Assembly: GCA_040182905.1 (NCBI GenBank)
Contig: JARQWU010000004.1
Location: 1 to 64,000, forward strand
Source: Barthelona sp. PAP020
Lineage: Eukaryota
DNA: 64,000 bases
Direction of reading: 5' to 3'
A program made the translations under genes and the position numbers. This document shows, in pieces, positions 58,801-64,000 of this stretch; the first letter of the stretch is position 1; each line of letters starts with the position of its first letter. Under the pieces are notes generated by a model. It made no database searches. It saw nothing but the letters and a program-made list of their open reading frames with translations, and had not been told where the DNA came from.

Positions 58801-61241
58801 AATAAAACAGTGAACACAATGAAAAAAAAAGAATAAGTTGAGATATACATATAAGAAAATGAATCGTCCATAATATTGAAAGGTAAAAAATACAAGATCA
58901 TGAAGAGAACAGTATTAAAAAAACATAAAAATAAAGCAATATGATGAAAGATTCGGGTACGTTTGGGAAACATCCTTAACCAAACAAATAAACTTAATAA
59001 AAAAGTAAAAGGGTATAATATGAAGATTAACAGATGTGAATAAACAGTTTCTTTATTATAAAAAGTGATAAAAAATTTGATCACTAAAATGATGTAAAAT
59101 GATGTTTCAATAATTATATTAAAATAGTAAGATGAACGATGTTGTTTACATAACCTTTGATTAAAATAGATTAGAGTTTGAAAAATACAAATAACTTGAA
59201 ATATTATTAAATTGCTGAAAGAAAACATTGTTTTGATTTCAAAATAAGATGTAAACATGAATAAATAACTTGTATAAATATTCAATAATAGAACATACAC
59301 AGTTCTATTCATCTTTTTGAAACTTACAAATATTTTGATGAGAAAGAACTGAAATACTGCAAATTTATTGATGGTATCAAATTTTTGATTGAATAATATC
59401 AAAAATCTCATAAATAATATGAAACAAAAAAATTCAACAAATTTCAAATATTTCCAGAAATATTCTCCGTTGAAATGGAAGTTGCTATTCTTTCCTCTAC
59501 TTTTTTTAATTTTTTTTAATTTTTTGATGAAATTGGTTGAATAATCAAAATAACCATTGATATCACTATTCATTAAGTACAAAATAATTAAAATGATGAA
59601 TATTATGGAAGGATTCAATGATGTTTTAAATATTAAAGGAAAACCAAAACCAAACAAAGTTGTACAAATTAAAAAAAGTAAAGTTAAAAAGATGAAAGTT
59701 TTAAAACGTCTTGGTAAAATGTTAACATTTTCATACATGTATATTTCTTGTGAAAAGACATCACTGATTTCGTTTAAATCAATATTTTCAGTAATATAAC
59801 TGAAAAACACTTGAAAATACTCCAAAAAATATTTACTACATATCTTTTCTCCAAAAGTTTTAAAGGGAATGAAAAGAAATGGTAATAAACAGTAAAAGAA
59901 TTCATAACCAATCGTATAATGTAAAAAATGTAAAGCAAAAAATAAGAATATCACTAAAATGTTCATACTAACAATCAAAATAAATAAGGAATTGTTTAAC
60001 ACTTCAAATAAAAAAAATTTCTTTTCACCTTCTACCAGTTCTTCCTCCACAACTTCTTCATCATCTTCTACTTCTTTTTGTTCTTTTTGTCGCTGTTCTT
60101 CTACTTCTTCTTTTTCTCCAATAAAATTAATCATTTCATCAAATCTAACCTTCATTCGTCTTTTTTGCCTTTCCTCATCTTTAAAACCAGTTCCAATTTC
60201 CATCTTTTTCTTCCCCAATATTTGTGATTGCGTTGGTGTTACTTGCTTTTCTTCCTCAATTAACAACTCATCATTCATTGGCTCAAAATGATCAAAGTTA
60301 TAAAAAAATTCCATCTCCATCTCATCCTTCTTCACATTGTGATAAAACAAATACAAAAAAATAACAATGAAACTACCAATTGAAACCATTATAGCCCAAT
60401 ACAGTTTGAATTTAAATAGGTCAATATCCAATAAGATACCAAAAATAGAACAACAAATCAAAGGTATCGATACACGATATAATGGTTGAAGTTCCATTAT
60501 TTTAGAAGGTAAAAAACTTATAACCAATGAATAAACAAAAAAAAGTATGAAACAAACCACACAGAAAGTACAAAAGTTAAAGACTAATTGAGCATTGTAA
60601 CTAACATTAAAACCATGTATAAAAACACTCCCAATCGCACATACAATGATAATAAATGCCGTTATTATGAATTTAGTAATAACTTCAAAATTACTGATAT
60701 AATTATCCGCAAATCGTCTCTTTTTTATTGATTCCAAATATTTGACCAAAGATTTAAGAGGAATCTCAGAATAATGCATAGACTTACCAGGCAAATATAA
60801 AAACGTAACTAAAATGATTAAATATATGAATTTGGTCATATAATAGTCTAAATACGTCATAATTTCACATACATAACATCCAATCACAATAGCTAACATG
60901 TATTTCGATACATTCTTTTTTAGTATCTTTATTTTCTCCAAAAATATCGAAATTATAAATCCTCGGATGCAAATACCAAATATTAAACTTAATATCTGTT
61001 CATATGTCGAAACATTTTGCCCCGAATATGATTTTTGCAAATAATTTAAAAAAATTACAAAAATTATTTGTATTAAACATAAAGCAATAATTAAAAATTG
61101 TTCAACATTAAATAAAGGTCTTGTTTGATTGTTTAATTTTCTTTTTAAATCAATATTTGATATGTAAAGCAAAAAAAATGCAAAAGACACATAACCAAAA
61201 CTTAAAATGATAAATATTAAACTTTTTGTATCATATGTCAT
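55896..61241 (-). CDS. Multi-pass membrane calpain-like protein (TM region + degenerate CysPc + domain III-like), DEK1-like layout
   Basis: GLFVIKLY...YLLIDD, LIPLLEKA...GG, SSDRWS, GVWISYDELIKH, PQFVL and EFSIKVYSD map onto calpain consensus motifs. ATG (MTYD) is at 61241. Confidence 0.75.
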   Translation of the reverse strand: MTYDTKSLIFIILSFGYVSFAFFLLYISNIDLKRKLNNQTRPLFNVEQFLIIALCLIQIIFVIFLNYLQKSYSGQNVSTYEQILSLIFGICIRGFIISIFLEKIKILKKNVSKYMLAIVIGCYVCEIMTYLDYYMTKFIYLIILVTFLYLPGKSMHYSEIPLKSLVKYLESIKKRRFADNYISNFEVITKFIITAFIIIVCAIGSVFIHGFNVSYNAQLVFNFCTFCVVCFILFFVYSLVISFLPSKIMELQPLYRVSIPLICCSIFGILLDIDLFKFKLYWAIMVSIGSFIVIFLYLFYHNVKKDEMEMEFFYNFDHFEPMNDELLIEEEKQVTPTQSQILGKKKMEIGTGFKDEERQKRRMKVRFDEMINFIGEKEEVEEQRQKEQKEVEDDEEVVEEELVEGEKKFFLFEVLNNSLFILIVSMNILVIFLFFALHFLHYTIGYEFFYCLLPFLFIPFKTFGEKICSKYFLEYFQVFFSYITENIDLNEISDVFSQEIYMYENVNILPRRFKTFIFLTLLFLICTTLFGFGFPLIFKTSLNPSIIFIILIILYLMNSDINGYFDYSTNFIKKLKKIKKSRGKNSNFHFNGEYFWKYLKFVEFFCFILFMRFLILFNQKFDTINKFAVFQFFLIKIFVSFKKMNRTVYVLLLNIYTSYLFMFTSYFEIKTMFSFSNLIIFQVICIFQTLIYFNQRLCKQHRSSYYFNIIIETSFYIILVIKFFITFYNKETVYSHLLIFILYPFTFLLSLFVWLRMFPKRTRIFHHIALFLCFFNTVLFMILYFLPFNIMDDSFSYMYISTYSFFFIVFTVLFLSSPVILLGHLGSLKNQHLLYVDTDFNAFVYFFKNNQIIRNISAYYRAVYIILFCFIALKVELMVFYRDYNSILVIFISTACFIWMTLFNKTDSMILNEKISKTLNVEMLEKVISYLIDSTIYVKSPSMLESIHAFTKKKYYETNLNTKNKQKNKPKKENEQLDALLLFIENFKRENSKNTKNTFENHLLNKSQLKIDESDFVSENHSLFANSNLELEIEKHYYFYFIMVLITNRVNANRHHLIQEWKHERSFNFNVSKVREDAKVTWIVLKDFYGFTKSYQKTLKRLSSQVVNTAEFPLIPLDLQSFRDISISDNSSILQMDTSYKNLFSTTPSLNTATLTDASSPNVQTYNSVHNHTLPTNNYTEQLYDIPIHVVIDEETADNFFVKDVAKINDSDTNNKMDTLINNEHAVREMIFQENILLFQSLEVDEYTKYLKYFIKFFKMHKNLKNYEDTGDLEALAGFDRFNEFFNKNFMKLYSVNNLEFQRISHLFFNEVILSDMNKDDDLDVFDMLTVFSLDQQKGVVSDLVVDTQENEDQRNNEENERNRDSIGKIKISDVYRHKDCVIGTIHDFNEENGHITNKTMKEIIDFMAYYQMEFKNIIRYSFKHGLFVIKLYCHEEEEYLLIDDVVDLKRNHSRKNPKAFLIPLLEKALIIFFGGSLNIYQKYFTFSTALKLLINTQKNVYNRRNLVNPFLSSFIYQSLKQASNLQEYSNCNVVEFVCKDDQEKRFHITAVSQRRDSYEQLIFLIPVQQTFASIKSFFKDENIKVFFSSSDRWSSDLIDDAYSNISPFYKDKGVWISYDELIKHTRAIITGPIFDFMQESIIYSKTSNVCVFKDRNTPPSNEIFKFLPQFVLNIEEIHRFHDIYVEITQLNCFGDDDIIPLFANVLKHDIIPISKSVPFQYVIEPKLCKKRTDSFVFNVSSLLSLKKHSIVVFMQDCKQKEVEFSIKVYSDHKISIWQSN

Positions 61242-61455
61242 CACAAAAAACTCAAAATTCTTTAAATTATTGTCCTTCACAACATAAAAAAATTTTTTTT
61301 TCAAAAATCATTCATTTAAAAAACAAATTAATCTTTCAATCATTTATATTTAATAACAATAAAACATCAAACCAACTAAAAAAAAAAAGAAAACTGTGGA
61401 TTCATCTTTCACTTGCCAAAAAAAAAGTCAAATTGTGGAATAAGTTCATATAAAT

Positions 61456-61764
61456 TTAACGATATTTTCTAAAGCTTGTTTCAACTTTAAGAGCACGTTC
61501 ATCACGGACAGCATTAACCTTTTCGGCGGCTTTATCAATCACTTCATTTGGAATTCTAATATGATTTATCATTTGACCTTTGATAAATATTTCTGGAATT
61601 TGTTTGAACGTTTCTCCATCAGCAGATGTATATATAGCTTGAATTAAAACAATATCCATATATCTATCAATTTCCTTTAAAATTCCATTATAAGTGGCGC
61701 CACTTTTCAATTCAACTAAAACTGCGCCATCTGTAGCAATATTTAACACAGACAGTGGAAACAT
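61456..61764 (-). CDS. LSM4: U6 snRNA-associated Sm-like protein LSm4
   Basis: MFPLSVL...VLVELKSGATYNG...TSADGETF..IPEIFIKG..I..IRIPNEVID matches LSm4. ATG is at 61764. Confidence 0.88.
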   Translation of the reverse strand: MFPLSVLNIATDGAVLVELKSGATYNGILKEIDRYMDIVLIQAIYTSADGETFKQIPEIFIKGQMINHIRIPNEVIDKAAEKVNAVRDERALKVETSFRKYR

Positions 61765-61807
61765 ATTAACAATAAAATATTTTAATTTATATATTTTTTT
61801 AATTAAC

Positions 61808-62671
61808 ATGAGTGCTTCTAACAAACAAAAACAAGGTCGAGATCTTGTAGAAAATATACGTGAATTAGATTTATTGGCTTTTGAAGCAGTGTTATCTGCT
61901 TTAAAAGTTCGAGGTGTTCCTTATTTTAAAGTTGGACCCATTATATCAAGATTACAGGAGACATTGAACATTAGTGTTGATTATCTTGAAGCTTTTAATG
62001 AGACTATTAATGATTCTGGCATTTTGAACGAAATGGAGTCCACATTTCAGTCTTCTTCTGCCCGTGCATTATTGGAAGCAACACCAAACATTCAAGATTT
62101 TTTAACAATTCATCCTCCTTCTTTATTGGTTGACAGACCTGTTTCTTCTGATGCTGCAATATTAGCCAGATCTTCTCTTTATAGCTATATTAATAATTTA
62201 GGAACTGCTAATCATCAAATTACTGACTTATTTTTAACCAAAACAAAATTCTCGTTGAAAGAAAAGAAAGCTCTTGCTTCATTATTGACCACTGAAATTG
62301 GTGGTAGTATTGACAGTCACATTGCATCAATTGCATCTGAAGCTTTAAATACGGAAATTGATGTAGTAAATCAATTGTTGGATGAACTTGAAGAGAACGA
62401 ATCAATAGAATTGAATGATAACGATGATAACGATGATAATGATGGGAATGAAGAAGATCAAGACGAAGAAGAAGACGATGAACGAGATGATGAAGAGGAA
62501 GATCATGAAGAAGAAGAGGATGAAGAAGAAGAAATAGAAGAAGATATTGTGGATTCAATTGATACTGTTGATGTAAATGAAGATGATAATGAAGTTGATG
62601 ATGAAGCTGAAAAGGAGAATATTGAAGTGCATGATAACGATGGATCCAATATGCAAGATATTGAACAATAG
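61808..62671 (+). CDS. ENT (EMSY N-terminal) domain protein with a long acidic tail
   Basis: IRELDLLAFEAVLSALKVRG...ISRLQETLNIS resembles ENT LRKLELEAYAGVISALRAQG...LGELSKVLSIS; D/E-rich C-terminus. ATG is at 61808. Confidence 0.7.
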   Translation: MSASNKQKQGRDLVENIRELDLLAFEAVLSALKVRGVPYFKVGPIISRLQETLNISVDYLEAFNETINDSGILNEMESTFQSSSARALLEATPNIQDFLTIHPPSLLVDRPVSSDAAILARSSLYSYINNLGTANHQITDLFLTKTKFSLKEKKALASLLTTEIGGSIDSHIASIASEALNTEIDVVNQLLDELEENESIELNDNDDNDDNDGNEEDQDEEEDDERDDEEEDHEEEEDEEEEIEEDIVDSIDTVDVNEDDNEVDDEAEKENIEVHDNDGSNMQDIEQ

Positions 62672-63316
62672 ATAATTGTTTGTGTTTTGCGTTATAAAAG
62701 AGTTTAATAAGTGTTTTTTATTTATGTTAGTTACCACCTTTAGAAAAATCCAAAGTGAATGAAATAAAGAAAGATGTTATTGAATTGGCAAATAAAAAAT
62801 GGGAATCTTTGTTTAAAAAAGACACCTTAAACGGTTAGAATAAAATAAATACAAAACATTATTTATGTTTGTTGATTTTTTTATTTGAAACTACTGAAGG
62901 AATAAATCAAACGAAGAACGAAAAAGTTTTGGATTTTCTTTTTCCAAAACAACTCAAAAGTCTGTAATTGATCTTTCACAAATAAAAATATCTAAAGAAA
63001 CAATAAAAAAAAAGGACTTTTTGAGAAACAAATATTTACTATGAGAAAAAAACCGGATTTATTCAAATACAATAAAATTGCATAAACAATAATATTAACT
63101 TATTATTTATTTATGCAAATGTAAGTGAATAAAACATTTGGATGAATCATTTCAATTTTGTGAAGTTTTTGTTTGTTTTCCAAAGTCAAAAATAAAATCA
63201 AAATCTTATTTTTTAATTATTGTAAACACAAAAAAACAAAAAAGTTGTTCTATTTTTGAAAACAAAAAAGAACAAAAATGAGACACACATATATTGAAAA
63301 ATGGCAAAATATACAA

Positions 63317-63628
63317 TTACATATCAAAATCAAAAACTTCAAGTTCACGAGTAACAAGAAATATATCATTTGCTGTGGTATCTTCAAACTTTAAAGAGAT
63401 AAATTCTCTATCGGGAGGAGAAAATGTTTCAGAAGAATTAACGGTCTCTTCACTTTCGTTATCGTTACCGTAAGGAAGACTAAAGTTTTGAATTGGGGTG
63501 CTTCTATCTCTTTCAAAAAAAACAAAAGTTGGACTTCCTAAAATTTTAATTGGAGGTGAATATGGTGTAAATGTGGAAGAAGAAGAAGAACGAAAAGAAG
63601 AAACAATGGGACTAAAAGAAAAAGACAT
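63317..63628 (-). CDS. Small Ser/Pro-rich hypothetical protein
   Basis: ATG at 63628 (MSFSFSP) follows a T-rich leader; 103 codons open; no recognisable domain. Confidence 0.45.
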   Translation of the reverse strand: MSFSFSPIVSSFRSSSSSTFTPYSPPIKILGSPTFVFFERDRSTPIQNFSLPYGNDNESEETVNSSETFSPPDREFISLKFEDTTANDIFLVTRELEVFDFDM

Positions 63629-63784
63629 AAAAAAAAATAATTGGAGAAGAAAGTAAAATGAAAAGCAATTTCCTAGATTAGAAGTCAAAGCATAACCACA
63701 ATTAAAATTAAAAAGAAATAAGATCATAAATACTTTACAAACAATAGACAATAAAAAAGGTAAAAAAAAAGAAAATGAAAAAAA

Positions 63785-64000
63785 TTACAAGTCTTCAACT
63801 TCAGATTCGATTGACTCAATATCATCAAACAAACTTTCAGACATGATTACAGTTGATTCATTGTTAAAATTCGTATTTTTATCAGTGTCAAAAATTTCAG
63901 GGTCTACAATAAAAATGTCTTCACCAACAATGTCTTGAATTTTTTTTTTTGTGATCTCCCCAGATTTATCTCTCTTTTTCCATTTCAAATGAGATGGACG
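63785..64000 (-). CDS. 3' end of a hypothetical protein gene entering from beyond the window
   Basis: The frame is open from the window end to TAA at 63785; acidic C-terminus. Confidence 0.5.
   Translation of the reverse strand, partial: RPSHLKWKKRDKSGEITKKKIQDIVGEDIFIVDPEIFDTDKNTNFNNESTVIMSESLFDDIESIESEVEDL

Noticed and set aside
62400..62640. GAA/GAT-rich tandem repeat
   Set aside because: It is low-complexity coding sequence for the acidic tail of the ENT protein, not an independent repeat.
3301..62671. Stop-codon reassignment (e.g. TAR=Gln)
   Set aside because: Conserved genes end at the expected positions with TAA, TAG and TGA, and long ORFs have no internal stops.

Overview
AT-rich, very gene-dense nuclear DNA from a flagellated unicellular eukaryote; the species cannot be identified from the sequence. 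It uses the standard genetic code (TAA, TAG and TGA all terminate conserved genes) and is nearly intronless: three 35-44 nt spliceosomal introns were found by hand. Conserved genes include an inner-arm axonemal dynein (DNAH1-like), CCT7, RPS16, RPL41 (missed by the ORF track), UTP6, a Vps39/TGFBRAP1-like protein, VPS35L, TFIIE-alpha, SPT4, ZNF622/Rei1, VMA21, LSM4, a DHHC palmitoyltransferase, an LMW-PTP, an ENT-domain protein and tRNA-Arg(ACG). The most unusual observations are: (1) a ~515-bp non-coding element present twice as exact circular permutations (X-Y at 14149-14663, Y-X at 33438-33960). Its module ends are invariant, each module has a 3' hairpin plus a 9-nt tail, and the junction motif recurs at ~200-bp spacing next to a tRNA gene. 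(2) An MLKL-like four-helix bundle + intact kinase + WD40 + CaaX protein. (3) A WD40-like protein fused to a bacterial-type RNase III/dsRBD. (4) A bacterial OpgB/LTA-synthase-like transferase. (5) A uS9 with a bacterial-style SKR tail. (6) Several predicted pseudo-enzymes and shuffled domain architectures. All family assignments come from motif recognition by eye; no database searches were run.
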